A DNA stretch of 64,000 bases from contig NC_083435.1 of assembly GCF_020745735.1 (NCBI RefSeq), forward strand, positions 36,357,090 to 36,421,089, in the 5' to 3' direction. Under the pieces are notes generated by a model. The model was not told where the DNA came from. It saw only the letters and a list, made by a program, of their open reading frames with translations, and ran no database searches. This stretch comes from Hemiscyllium ocellatum. Its lineage: Eukaryota. Position numbers and translations under genes: made by a program. How positions within the stretch are numbered: position 1 is the stretch's first letter; every line of letters starts with the position of its first letter. Below are positions 11,030 to 23,169 of this stretch, in pieces.

Positions 11030-11853
11030 CACTCTATTTAATTTCTCCCTAATATTTATCACGTTGTCCAAATATTTCGTCTTTGAACTCTTGACTCTTC
11101 AATATTTCCTGAATTAATTGAAATGGTCCTCCCACCTCATGTCCGAATATTAATTCAAAAGGACTGAATTTAGCTGATTTATTAGGTACATTCCAAATTG
11201 CAAAAAAATGTACAAATAGAATTCTGTTCTCCCAGTTGTGATGACACTGTGGCACTAAGTGATGGATTTTACCCTGGTTTTTATTGAAGAGAGATTTGAA
11301 GGCAGAGGGACTGAGCAGTCCAGCTGAGCCGTGAGAGTAAACAGCTTGTGAGGCCTTGGGGGTTTTATAAGTTGGAATAATAGACACAGCCTGAATGACA
11401 CTGTGGGGTCAGGCTCCCACAGACCCAGGATTTGTTATATACGTTTCAATAGTTGCTGTTTCGGTGTGAAGACGTGGAACCTCTTTATCCCTCTCTCAGT
11501 TCCAGCCAAAAGCTGGGGGTTCTCTTCCTGTTATTGGAGTTGGATGTGAGACAGTCTGTTCTCTAAATTTACATTTTGCCATGGGTGCATTTATGAGATA
11601 TCACTCCATTGGAACAGTTAATTAGTAATAGTTATTGCTTTAATTATCCTATTATATTTTCCAGTAGAGTTGATATTTTGTTGTATTTTAATTACAGTGG
11701 ATGAATAATGTGTGTTCTGCTTTAAATCCGGTAGATGGACCGATAAAACTGCATCTGGAATGCAGCATCTCATGCTGAGTTTTACAATAAGAAAAAGTTA
11801 GTATCTAGACGATCTTCTGAATATGTTGAGGGGGTTTGGTCTGGTTCTTAACA
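11030..11853 (-). mobile_element. Gypsy LTR-retrotransposon relic (integrase C-terminal fragment plus LTR-like segment)
   Basis: ORF 11049-11387(-) contains FFAIWNVPNKSAKFSPFELIFGHEVGGP, matching the integrase 'FSPFELxFGHEVRGP' motif. 11260-11853 resembles the LTR-like segment at 23290-23873; both end ...TAACA. Confidence 0.65.
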
Positions 11854-11899
11854 CAATCCCCTGGATGGTCTTGACTGCCTGCCCCCCAACATAGTTTTT

Positions 11900-13709
11900 A
11901 AATCTCAGTGTTCCCCAACAGGAAACCCTGGATAACTCAGGATATACAGAACCTGCTAAAAACCGGGTGTGAGGCCTTCACATCAGGAGACCCACTCAAA
12001 TATAAGGAATCCAATTATGACCTCCACAGAGCCATTAAGACAGCCAAGGACCAATACTGATCCCAACTAGAGACCCAGACAGACACCCGACAACTATGGC
12101 AAGGACTGAATGACATCACAGTGCAAGATAGCAGATGGTGACACATCCCTCCCAGATTGTCTCAACACCTTCTGTACTCGCTTTCGGCAGAATTTCGGTG
12201 GAGAGGAAACACCTATTCCAACAAGTCCTGATGACCCTCTCCCAACAGTCATTGCATCAGAGGTCAGATCAGTTTTCCATTGTGTGAATCCAAGGAAAAC
12301 GATGGGACCAGACGAAGTACCAGGCCGTGCACTCAGAGCAACTGACTGAGGTCTTCTCGGACATCTACAACCTCTCCCTGGAGTAGGCCACTGTCCCTGC
12401 CTGTTTCAAGAGGGCCAACATCATCCCTGTGCCTAAGAACAGTCATGCTGCATGTGTCAATGACAACCGCCCAGTGGCCCTAACTTTGGTGGACATAAAG
12501 TGCTTTGAAAGGCTGGTCATGGCATTAATCAACTCCAGCCTTCCCACAATTCCTGACCCACTCCAATTTGCCTATCAGACCAACAGATCCACATCAGATG
12601 CCATATCACTTGCCCTTCACTCCTCCCAAGAACATCTTGACACCAAGAACAGCTACGTAAGAATCCTACTCATTGACTACAGTTCAGGCTTCAACACTAT
12701 CATCCCCTCGAGACTGATGACTAAACTTAGTGATCTCAGACTGAGCCCCACTCTCTGCAACTGGATCCTCACTTTCCTGACCCACAGGCCACAATCAGTG
12801 AAGATTGGGAACAATATTTCATCCTCACTAACACTCAACACTGGAGTCTGTACTCAGTCCCCTACTGTATACCCATGACTGCGCCACCAAATACCAGGCT
12901 AATTCCATTTACAAGTCCGCTGATGATACCACCATAGTCGGCCGAATCTCAGATGGCAATGAAACAGACTACAAATGGGAAAGTGAAGACCTGGAAAATG
13001 GTGCACTGAGAACAACCGATTGGTTGCTGGCAATTGCCCCGCCCCAGCACCACACGCACACACATTAACAGCACAGAGGTGGAACGAGTGGAGAGTGTCA
13101 AGCTCCTGGGAGTGACCATCAACAACAAATTTTCTTGGACTCTTCATGTGGATACACTGGTTACAAAGGCCCAACAATGTCTGAGGAAATTCAGCATGAT
13201 GTCCATCTTTTATCAGTGTACTAATCAAGAGCATTCTGTCTGGATGTATCACTACCTGGAATGGCAACTGTACCATTCAAGATTGGAGATGGTTACAGAG
13301 AGTGGTGAACTCGGCCCGGACAATCACAAAGGCCAATCTCCCATCTATAGAATCCATCTACCAGGCCCACTGTCAAGGAAAGGCCGCCAGCATTCTCAAA
13401 GATCCATCCCACCCTGGCAATGTTTTTCTATAACCTCCTCTACAACCCTCTACCATCGGGGGGAAGGTAGAGAAGCCTGCACACAGGGACCAGCTGGTTA
13501 CAAAACCGTTTCTACTCTATTGTTGTTAGAATACTGAATGGACTTACAAACTCTTAACATTCGTCTGTCCCTGTTTTTTTCTGTTTTTGCCGCGGTTTAC
13601 CTATTATTTACTTATCTATGCTACTTAACTCTGTGATCTGCCTGTATTGCTCACAAGGCAAAGCTTTTCACTGTGCCTCGGTACACGGGACAATAAATTC
13701 AATTCAATT
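11900..13709 (+). mobile_element. Rex1/Babar-clade LINE, 5'-truncated and degenerate
   Basis: [16 protein letters not shown]...[17 protein letters not shown]...[16 protein letters not shown]...VERVESVKLLGVTI. The 3' end is GGACAATAAATTCAATTCAATT. Confidence 0.85.
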
Positions 13710-15827
13710 TAAAGTTTGATGTAATTGTTCTAATGCTCCCCCATTTTTGGATGGTACACAATTGATTTAAATTATTTAGATGTCTGAGCTCTTTCTAATT
13801 TCCTTGAATAACTTTGATGTAAAATTTGATCCTTGTTCCAATTGCATTTCTACGGGTTGTCAGTAACAATGGAAAAAATATTGAGTAATTCTTCTACACT
13901 CCTTTCAGCCATGCTATCTCATTCTGGAATGGCCTCTGGAAATCTCAGAGACACATCGATTATGGTCAACAAATACTGATCCCCACTTTTTGTTTTAGGG
14001 CTGGATCTGATGCAATAATTAAAACTTTTGTAAAAGATTCATCAAATGCTGGAATAGGTATGAAAGGTGTTGGTTTTATTAATAAATGAGTTTTCCAATT
14101 CTCTGACATGTCTGACATGTCTGGCAAAATGCAATGACATCTTTCTGCAGTCAAGGTCAAGAAAAGTAGACTTCTATTTTTGCTTGAGTTTTCCTTATTC
14201 CCAAATGACCTCCTGCTGGTAACTCTCATGGTGCTACCCACAACACCTCCTTTATATCACACACCAGTAATACAGCCTGATGAGCTCCTGCCTATTTTTC
14301 ACCCACTTGGTCTCCATTTCCTCATCAACACTTCGTTTTTAAGATAGTGACAATGTGGGATATGTGCACATTTGCCTTTTTGGTTCCACTGTTTTATCTT
14401 TCCACTTTTCAATTGTAACTTAGCGAACTTCTCTGAAGCAGAAAATGCCCACTTTGTTCTTCAACTGTACTTGCTTTTTCTCAACAACTTGAACAAATAT
14501 AGTTTCCGATAATTGAATTTTAACTTGCTTATCTTTTCTCTTTGATCTCTCCTTTTGTTCTACCTGTGGTTTTGTGACCTTGTTATCACACATTCAGGAA
14601 AGATCCCAGGATAAACTATTCTGGAACCGAGAATTTCTGTTACTCCTCCCATCACTTTTCATCAGACCCTCTAACTTAGCCTCACAAGTAAGAACACTAC
14701 GTTTCACACCATGAACTCCATCTATTCGAGCAATACGCTTTCTAATTACCCATCTCCTTATCTCTCCCTAACAAAGATTGATGTGCTTTCGTATGTCTGA
14801 AAATCTTATTTTTTTCCCCCACTCCTCTTGGTAAACATGAGGAAACTTTCCTCACACAAATGTTGCAAAGTTGAGGAGAATATGTGTGGATTGGAAGGCA
14901 GGAAGTTAGAATTTGGAGTATGTAAAATGCTAGGGGTGGATGGGGGAATGCATTGCATGGTCCCTTTAAAAGATCGTGTGCTTTATCTATGCTTAGAGAT
15001 TTAAAATGTATGTCCATGAGCAGCAGCTTGAAAGTTTGCACGTACACAGACAGCACCCAAACTGACACATTACATCGAAAGGCCATGCAGATAGCAGGCT
15101 AAACACCAGTTTTTTTTTCAATACAGCAGGCTTTTGAATTTAGCCAATTAATTTGAGCAACGACTTAGATACCAAAAATCTATAAGGTTTAAGGCTGATG
15201 ATTTTAACAACAGAGAACCAATCCTATTGTGTGAAATATTGATATGTCATTAAGGGGATAAAGGAAGGGGGCAGTTGAATAAAGACCTCAGAGCTAACTG
15301 CCCTCCAGCAAAGCCAACAGCCCTCAGCTCTCAGGAGAGAATCGCTGGCTCTCACAGCCTCATCTGTGTCTTAGTAAACCACCATCAAAATAAAAATGGT
15401 GCAGCTAGTTAATATTCCTGACTGAAGAATTGTCGGAGCAGGCACAGATCATTCCAGAAGACACGTAACATGGCCGGAATTTTGAGAGACTAGATTTTTT
15501 TTATGTGTAAGTGGGGCTGATCTTTATTGGAACAGCATACCATTAGAACCTTGCTGTAACTGGGAATAGTTAGAAGTTAATTGGGATTTATTCTGCTTGT
15601 TAATACTTTAGTTAATCTGTTCACTGTTAGAGTTAGGTAAATAGATGGTGACGAGTTGATTTTAAAGAGAGTGTCAGGGATTTATTTTATTGAACCACTT
15701 GAAGTTGCTGAGAAGCAGGTTACACCACTCGGCACACCCCCTTTTACAGAGTATGAGGTGAGGGGCTCCTCTTTGGGCATTTCGGGTCAGTTCACAGGGC
15801 GGGGGCCTCAACCTCCACTTTATAACA
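13710..15827 (-). mobile_element. Degenerate Gypsy LTR-retrotransposon relic (integrase/gag remnants plus LTR-like region)
   Basis: ORF 13966-14241(-) carries IKPTPFIPIPAFDESFTKVLI and a CxxC remnant of the integrase N-terminus. An AT-rich LTR-like block ends TATAACA at 15827. Confidence 0.55.
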
Positions 15828-16249
15828 CAAGGAAATTCTTCGCAGGTTTAACTCTCTGCTCTTCATCATGAGTTACCAATACTTCACAAAGGGAATTCTT
15901 GAACTCCAACAAAGTCGTCTCTCCAAGAATGTGATATGTGTCTGATTTATTTCCATGGCCTTATCCACTTTGCAATGTTACTTTGTTTGATCTTTTCAAA
16001 CTTTGACCAAGTTCTTCCATTAGATTTTGAAATTGTTTTCTTTCAGCTTCTGGTATAAGTTCATATGAACATGAGACGGCTGTTTTTAGAATCATAGATT
16101 CATAGACTCCCTACAGTGTGGGGACAGGCCATTTGGCCCAACAAGTCCACCCCACCCACTGAAGGGTATCCCACAAAGACCCCACACCCTGTGTCCTGCC
16201 AACGGGAGAAAGGTCAGTTTTCCCTGTGTCTGTTTCACAGCGGGTAAAT

Positions 16250-16311
16250 CAACCTGTCTGTGTCTGATCTCCCTGGGAACTGGTGACAGAACCTGTTCAT
16301 CTCTTTATTGG
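16250..16311 (+). promoter_or_regulatory. MHC SXY promoter module of class I gene 1
   Basis: S-like CAACCT (16250-16255), 16 bp spacer, X1/X2-like CCTGGGAACTGGTGACAG (16272-16289), 17 bp spacer, Y box ATTGG (16307-16311). Order and spacing match the known MHC SXY arrangement. Confidence 0.65.
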
Positions 16312-16516
16312 GTTTTTTTTACTGAGACTGGGACTGAGACTGGTTCGGCAGCTTCAAGTTCAGGAAATGATCAAATTACTTTGTCGATCGGGAAATGGCA
16401 TCATGGTAGAAACAAACATTTATTTTGTTAATTTTTCAGTTTGTGAACAGCAGATATTTTCCAATCACTGTTTTATTCCCAGTCCCTGATGGGAATAGGG
16501 AGAGTGGATTCCCAGA

Positions 16517-16569
16517 ATGTTGCTGATCCTTCTCTCCATCTCCCTGTGTTTTTCCCGGGTCTCTCCCGG
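16517..16569 (+). CDS. Class I gene 1 leader exon ([17 protein letters not shown]); donor GTAAGT is one nt out of phase
   Basis: Hydrophobic signal-peptide-like ORF. The sequence is CCC GG|GTAAGT, whereas the alpha1 exon needs phase 1 (CCC G|GTAAGT). Confidence 0.72.
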
Positions 16570-17761
16570 GTAAGTACAGAATTCAGCTTTCCATTCTCTC
16601 CCACTCTCTCTCTCTCTCTCTCTGTGTCTGGGGTGAATGTGAGTCTCTTGGGGAGAGTTTGAAATGGGGGATGTTTGATCAGCCGCCTGTTATACAGCCA
16701 GCCTGATCTTTTACACATTGAAGGCAGCACAGTCTGGGAGACTCTGATGGGATTTGTGTCCAGGTCTCCTGACAGCAGGATGTAGAAACCCCGAGATCAG
16801 AGAAGCTCCGAGCAAATGGGAAATGGTTCCAATGGACAATTTTAATTTTCACATTGATTGGGAGAAGCCAAACAGCTTCATCATTCCTGGTCTAAAGTCT
16901 TGTAAACACTGCGGGGAGGGGAAGGATACTCCATGTCTAACCCAGCCCAGGCCCAGCTGTGATCCCCTTATGGTTGAATAGGCTGGGTTATCTCAGACAC
17001 CAACATCCTACTGGCCGTGTATAAAGGGCTGATTAAAAAGCTCAGTGAAGGACAGTGGGGATCCTGCTCGGGATTGTCCATCCCCCTGTTTGACAGAGAG
17101 ACTGTTCACACAGTGACTGTCCCCCATGGTCTCACACTTCATCCTCCCAAATATTCCTGTTTCTCTTCATTTCAATCTGGATTCACTCACCCCACACCTT
17201 TCCTGGTTATGGATAAACCTATCCTCGGATTATCCTGAATTCCTCACTCCAGATGGACCATGGGCAGGAGAGTCCCTTCAATATTTTTCTTCCATTTATG
17301 CCAAGTTCCTGTTCCAGGTTAGTGATTTTCTGTTTAATATCCAATCACTGGATTGTGTCCCAGCCTCTCCCTGTGTCCACACTGATTCCATCGAGTATCT
17401 GAGTGACCCTGACTCTGTGTTTACTCCCCGTCCTGAGAGGCTGCAGCAGCTAATTCTGACCCAGTTGAATCTGATTCTGTTGATTATATCAGACAGGATT
17501 CTGACAGTGTTATAATTTGGTGGGTTATTGGAGATTGTCACTGTGTGGATGGGCCTCACTTTGACCAGCTGGAAGTCTGTGCAATTGTTTTCAGCCTGAT
17601 CTTTACAGATATAACATGTTGAAAGTAATTTTGAGGGCAATCTCTCACATTAGTGATGTCCCTGGGATCTGTGATGTGATTCTGGTTTTGTGGCCCAGTA
17701 CATTAATATGATGTTTATGTTGGTGTTGAGTAACTCCCTGCTTTTATTGTTTGTTTTACAG

Positions 17762-18022
17762 AGACTAATGCACTCACTCAGATTTACACAATTGTTGCTG
17801 GATTGAAGGATTTTCCTGAGGTTACAAACAGTGCAACAGTCTATGGAGTTATAATCGGTTCATGTGACAGTCAAACCCAACGGTGCATCCCCAGGCAGCA
17901 GTTCATGACAGATTTCTTCGATGTGAATTTCTGGAATTATGTCACAGAGCTAGTGAACAGACATGCAAACTTGGCGAAGGAAATTCTGAGTACAATAATG
18001 AAGAGGACAAACCAGACATCAG
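17762..18022 (+). CDS. Class I gene 1 alpha1 exon
   Basis: TTTTACAG| (E)TNALTQIYTIVAGLKDFPEV...GSCDSQTQRCIPRQQFM...FWN...KRTNQTS(G) |GTAAGA. 261 nt, open frame, with the N86-equivalent sequon NQT. Confidence 0.92.
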
Positions 18023-18270
18023 GTAAGATCAGGCTTGTTGAATTTCTCTGTTGTTGTTCCCTTTCATCATAAAACCTCATTCATTCCCCAACCCTGACAT
18101 TTGGGCCCCAGGATTGGGAGAGACATAACAGGCCTCAATGCTTCCCCTATTTCGGTGAGCCTTTTCCACCCCCCAGTGCACGACCAACATTCATCTCAGT
18201 TCTTCATATCTTTTGAGGGAAATGTAGACACAGTGCAGTCAAATTATTTTACAGAGGTTTAACAAAACAT

Positions 18271-19650
18271 CTTTTTTTATTATTTCAAAAACATACCTTA
18301 CTCATCAAATTATTTTGAGATCTATACAAATGGTGATGCCACACATACGTATACATTCCATTTCTTTACATACATAGATTGGAATTAATCATTCGTATGG
18401 ACAAGTCTGTACATTGACCATCCAGGTATTCTGCTGAGGTGTCAACAGAGCCATCTTTTTTTTTAATTTCAAAAATATACTTTATTCATAAAATACTTTG
18501 ATGATCTGTACATTTGGTCATGCCATACATCCGTAAACATTCCATTTCTTGGTATACAGAGACAGAGTAATCATTCATATATACAAGTCTGTACCATTAC
18601 ATATTTAGCAGAGGCGTCAGCAGAGCCCAAATGACTGCATGGGCCTCCTGTTCTTCTTAGGCAGACAGATGTTACACGGTGGTCTTTCCCCACCATGTCC
18701 CTCAACACATAGTCCTGGACCTTGGAATGTGCCAGTCTGCAACACTCAGTCGGAGTTAACTCCTTCAGCTGGAAGATCAACAGGTTTCGGACCACCCAGA
18801 GAGCGTCCTTCACCAAGTTGATGATCCTCCATGCACAGTTGATGTTCGTCTCGGTGTGCATCCCGGGGAACAGGCCGTAGAGCACGGAGTCTCACTGCTC
18901 GGGACGAACCTCGACAAACACCACTGCATTCCTCTCCAGACTTCTTCTGCGTAAGCACATTCTAGAAGGAGGTGTGTGACAGTCTCGTCCCCCCCGCAGC
19001 CACTTCGAGGGTGGGGTGCGGCGTGGCTGAGAGTCCGGGCGTGCATAAAGGATCTCACAGGCAGAGCCCTTCACACCACCAGCCAAGCCATATCTTGGTG
19101 CTTGTTGGAAAGTTCTGGCGATGAGCATTCTGCCAAATGGCTTTGACAGTCTTCTCAGGGAACCGCTCGATAGGATCCGTCCTCTCCTTTTCACGAAGGA
19201 TCTCAAGGACACTACGTGCTGACCACTTCCTGATGGACTTGTGGTCAAAGGTGTTCTTCTTCATAAACTTCTCCACGAAGGACAGGTGATACGGAACGGT
19301 CCAACTAGTCGGAGCGTTCTGCGGCAGCGAGGCCAGGCCCATCCTTCGCAACACCGGGGACAGGTAGAACCTCAGTATGTAGTGACACTTGGTGTTTGTG
19401 TACTGGGGATCCACGCACAGCTTGATGCAGCCACACACAAAGGTGGCCATCAGGGGGTGTATTTTTTTCCCCCGTTGCCCAGATCTTTGTACAGCGAGTC
19501 CCTTCGGACCCAGTCCATCTTTGACCTCCATATAAATTGGAAGATGGCCCGGGTGACTGCAGCGGCGCAGGTTCTGGGAATAGGCCAGACCTGTGCCATG
19601 TGTAACAGCAATGACAGTGCCTCACACCTGATGACCAGGTTTTTACCCAC
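18271..19650 (-). mobile_element. Tx1-clade LINE 3' fragment followed by a second ~185-bp 3'-UTR-only copy (tandem), in intron 2 of gene 1
   Basis: Minus-strand ORFs GKNLVIRCE...TRAIFQFIWRSKM...CGGDETVTHLLLEC...WVVRNLLIFQ, the same family as 1-1357. Poly-T tracts at ~18456-18464 and ~18272-18278 mark two tails. Confidence 0.88.
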
Positions 19651-19659
19651 AATGGAGAT

Positions 19660-20345
19660 TCATGGGAAACCAGGCTATGATGAGGAGATAATAAGTTTCC
19701 AAATGGATATTGGCTAGGAGAATGGGCCAGACTCTGACAGGTGGAGATTAATGTGGATAAATGTGAGGTTGTTCATTTTGGCTGGAAAATAAGACAAATT
19801 GTTATTGTGCTGCGAAGCAGATTCACAGTGTGTCAGTGCAGAGGGATCTGGGTGTTTTTGGGGCATGAATTGCAGAAAGTGGATATGCAGGTGCAGCATA
19901 TAATAAGAAAGGCAAATGGAATACTGCTATTTATTGCAAAGAAGTGTTGTTCCAATAATATAAGGCATTGGTGGGACCACACCTGGAGAATAATGTCCAG
20001 TTGTGGTCTCCTTCCCTAAGGGAGGATGTGGTGACATTGCAGGCAGTTCAGAGGAGGTTCACCAGGCTGGTTCCAGGGATGAAAGGGTTATTGTACGAGA
20101 AGCAATTGATAGCTTTGGCTTTCACTCACTGACGATCAGTGGAATGAAGGGAGATTGATTGAGGAATATAAAATGCTAAAGGGGATTGATAAGATTGATG
20201 TCGAGCAGATGTTCCCTTTGTGGGACAGCCTCGAACAAGAAGTAATAGATATAGAGAGAGGAGGTAGGTAAGATCAGCCACGATCATGTTAAATGGTGGA
20301 GTGGACTCAAAGGGTTGACTTGCTCACTCTCCCTCTGAACTCCCA
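19660..20345 (+). mobile_element. CR1 LINE RT/3' fragment
   Basis: Remnants: MEINVDKCEVVHFG, KVDMQVQHIIRKANG, QRRFTRLVPGM-like. Confidence 0.7.
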
Positions 20346-20794
20346 TGTTACTAGAATTAACTGGAAATGTGTTTGATAAGAGCAAATCAAGTGTAGTACT
20401 GAAATATATTATCTGTTGTCATTAAAACAGAAAAAAAAACAAATTGTAAAGTTAACAAATCTAGTAATGAAGAAATATTTTTAACAAATGAAGAAATTGA
20501 AGGGATGATTGTTAATATTATTCATGTTGAGTTATGAGCCAATCAGCAAACAGTGTGACAACGACTGAATTGAGAACCGGACTGTCACGGTCCATTCATG
20601 ATCTGGAGATATTTTTGAATCACGTTGTGCAGATATATTGAGACCCCTTTGGACCAGCTGGGACTTGGAGTAGGGCATTCTGGGAAACTGCCCAAAAGAA
20701 GCCAACTCATTCTGTTTAATTTGTGAGGAATGGATTAACCTACAAGAACAAATGTAAAAACACTGTAATAATCAGAGGAAATTGTACAGAAGGT

Positions 20795-21680
20795 AGATTC
20801 ATAGATTTGCACACCTCAGAAACAGACCCTTTAGTGCAACTTGTCCATGCAGACCAGAAATCCTAAACTGATCTAAGTCCCATTTGCCAGCATTTAGCCC
20901 ACATCCTTCTTAACCCATCCTATTATAAGCCCACCCCTGATGCCTTTTAAATGCTGTAATTGTACCAGCCTCTGTCACTTCCTCTGGCAGCTCTTTCCAT
21001 ACTTGCACCATCCTCTGCGTGAAAAAGTTCCCTGTTAGGTCCCTTTTAAATCTTTTCCCTCTCACCTTCAACCTATGCCCTTTAGTTTCAGACTCCCTGA
21101 CCCTGGGGAAAAAAAACTTGCTTATTCACCTTATCTATGCCCCTCATGTTTTTATAAACTTCAGGGAAAATAGCCCCAGCCGATTCAGTGTCTCACTATA
21201 GCTCCAAACCATATAAATCTTTTCTGAACCCTTTCACATTTCCTATTGCAGGAAGTATAGAATTTAACATAGCATTCGAAAAGTGGCTGAATCAATGTCC
21301 TGTACAGCTGCAACATGATATCCCAACTCCTGTACTCAATCCACTGACCAATTAAGGCAAATAGACCAAACACCTTCTTCACTATCCTGTCAATCTGTAA
21401 CTCCACCTTCAGGAACTATGACTCTACACCCCAAGGTCTGTTTGTTTGGCACCACTCCCCAGCACCCTATCATGAACTCTATAAATGCTGCTATGATTTA
21501 CACAAAATGCAACATCTCATATTTCTCAAAATTAAACTCCGTCTGCCACTCCTCAGCCCAGCTGATCAAGGTCCGATTGTACTCTGAGATAATCTTCTTC
21601 ACTGCTCACTACATTTCCTGTTTTGGTGTCATCTGCACTAACCATTACCAACCATTCCTCCTATATGCACATCCAAATCA
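20795..21680 (-). mobile_element. CR1 LINE 3' fragment
   Basis: Minus-strand remnants: QIDRIVKKVFGLFALIGQWIEYRSWDIMLQLYRTL. Confidence 0.7.
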
Positions 21681-22194
21681 TTTATAAAGCTGACAGAAAG
21701 CAGTGGATACGGTTAGTGAGTAACTTAGAGATTGATCCTCATCTCCATTCAGCCAGGCTCAGGGGAAGAGATTTCACATCCCCACGCAGGGAGAGGGCCC
21801 TTGTAAATAACACACAGAGTCCGATCGTGGGCCAGTGCCTGTGGGAGGCTGACAGAGTGGTCACGGACAGACATGGACTACATCCCCCAGAATGCAGCAT
21901 GTGATCAAAATAAACGACCACATGGAACGGGGCTGTCGTTCCAGGACAGTGGGAATGTGAGCGCTGGAATTCTGACCCAGATTGGAGAGCCCATTCCCTA
22001 TCTGCTCCAGGTTGAGGGATGAGGCAATTACTGGAGAAAGGGTCAGTGCTGCCCGAGTCTGGGGCCCTGGAGATGAGAACCGTGTGTAACCTCCTTTTCC
22101 TGGGCTTGATGCAGGATCCCCCTTCCCCTTTGATCAGATTGTTCCTCTGGTAAAATTAATGATTAATTATCTATGACTGTTTGATCACTGACAG

Positions 22195-22470
22195 GAGTTC
22201 ACATTTTTCAACAGATAACTATTGCTGAGGTCAGTGTTGATGGCAGCATTAAGACATCGATGAGATTTGGATTTGATGGAGAAGACTTGATCAGTTTAGA
22301 CCCAGACAGAATGAGATGGATCGCATCCAATCCCATTGCAGTGATGACTAAGGAGAAATGGGATTCTGATGATTCCTGGAATAATTACTGGAAACAACAC
22401 CTGGAAGGTGCACATGTTGAAAATTTGAACAGATATCTGGAAGCTGGAAAGGATTATTTCAGAAGGAAAG
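22195..22470 (+). CDS. Class I gene 1 alpha2 exon (no cysteines)
   Basis: CTGACAG| (G)VHIFQQITIAEV...MRFGFDGEDLISLD...TKEKW...HLEGAHVENLNRYLEAGKDYFRRK |GTACGT. 276 nt, open frame. Confidence 0.93.
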
Positions 22471-22586
22471 GTACGTATTTCAGTTTTGTTCCATGTTCTG
22501 ATCTAACCTCACTGATCTATGAAACTGTTCTCCCATTCCATTCAGTGTCTGTCTGTTGTTTGTGTTTTCACCCTTGCCCATCACAG

Positions 22587-22665
22587 TTCAGCCTGAAGTG
22601 TTCATCTCCAGGAGGGAGCCCAATGGTCAGGACAAGCCGCTCACTCTCTCCTGCCTGGTCACTGG
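22587..22665 (+). pseudogene. Class I gene 1 alpha3 exon, truncated after 79 nt
   Basis: [27 protein letters not shown] is identical to 48982-49060. It then runs directly into a degenerate (TG)n tract (~22669-22746), with no WLRNG, no second Cys and no donor. Confidence 0.92.
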
Positions 22666-23169
22666 AAATGTGTGTGTCTTTGTGTGTGTGTGTTTGTGTG
22701 CGTGTGTATGTAAGTTTGTGTGTGTGTGTGTGTGTATATACATGTGACAGATGAAAGTATTTAGAGGACACTTTTTTCACTTCCTTGTTTGCAACTACCC
22801 ACCTTGTTCTCTGTGTTGATATGTCATGTTGGTCTCACTGAGTTAAAGATTTCGATTCTAAGTTTGACAGGGTCTCCGAATCCCAAGCTTCCAGAGCCTT
22901 TTGGGGATTCCAGATTCCCACAGCCCTGTTATTGGTGAAGTACTCATTGATTTCCCTCTGGAATAATCTCACTAGAATTACAAGAAGATTCCCTTGTATT
23001 CCAGGCTTCAGCACCAGACATGGGCCCAGATTGTTCAGTAGCCAGACAGCCAGAGACTGGACACACCCTGAGAGAGGAGGGTCTAGACCCCTCAGAATTC
23101 CTGACTCACGGAATGGGATTTGTCTGGGAAGTTTCAACTTCCAATGGACAATTATCTCGCATCCAGAAC

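Larger units (their letters stand above)
4032..17175 (+). repeat. Segmental duplication, copy A (upstream region, promoter and leader of class I gene 1)
   Basis: Colinear with 29981-~43140 (offset ~25.95 kb). By-eye identity is in the mid-to-high 90s %, with small indels on both copies. The six-frame ORF track repeats almost identically. Confidence 0.95.

Noticed and set aside
16205-16240. Possible ISRE or enhancer A upstream of the SXY module
   Set aside because: AGTTTTCCC and GTTTCAC do not form the GAAANNGAAA repeat or a kB consensus.
16367-16410. Upstream ATGATCAAATTACTT ORF (MIKLLCRSG...) as the class I leader
   Set aside because: It is not hydrophobic and offers no phase-1 donor. The ORF at 16517 is a much better signal peptide. 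The region may be a 5'-UTR exon.
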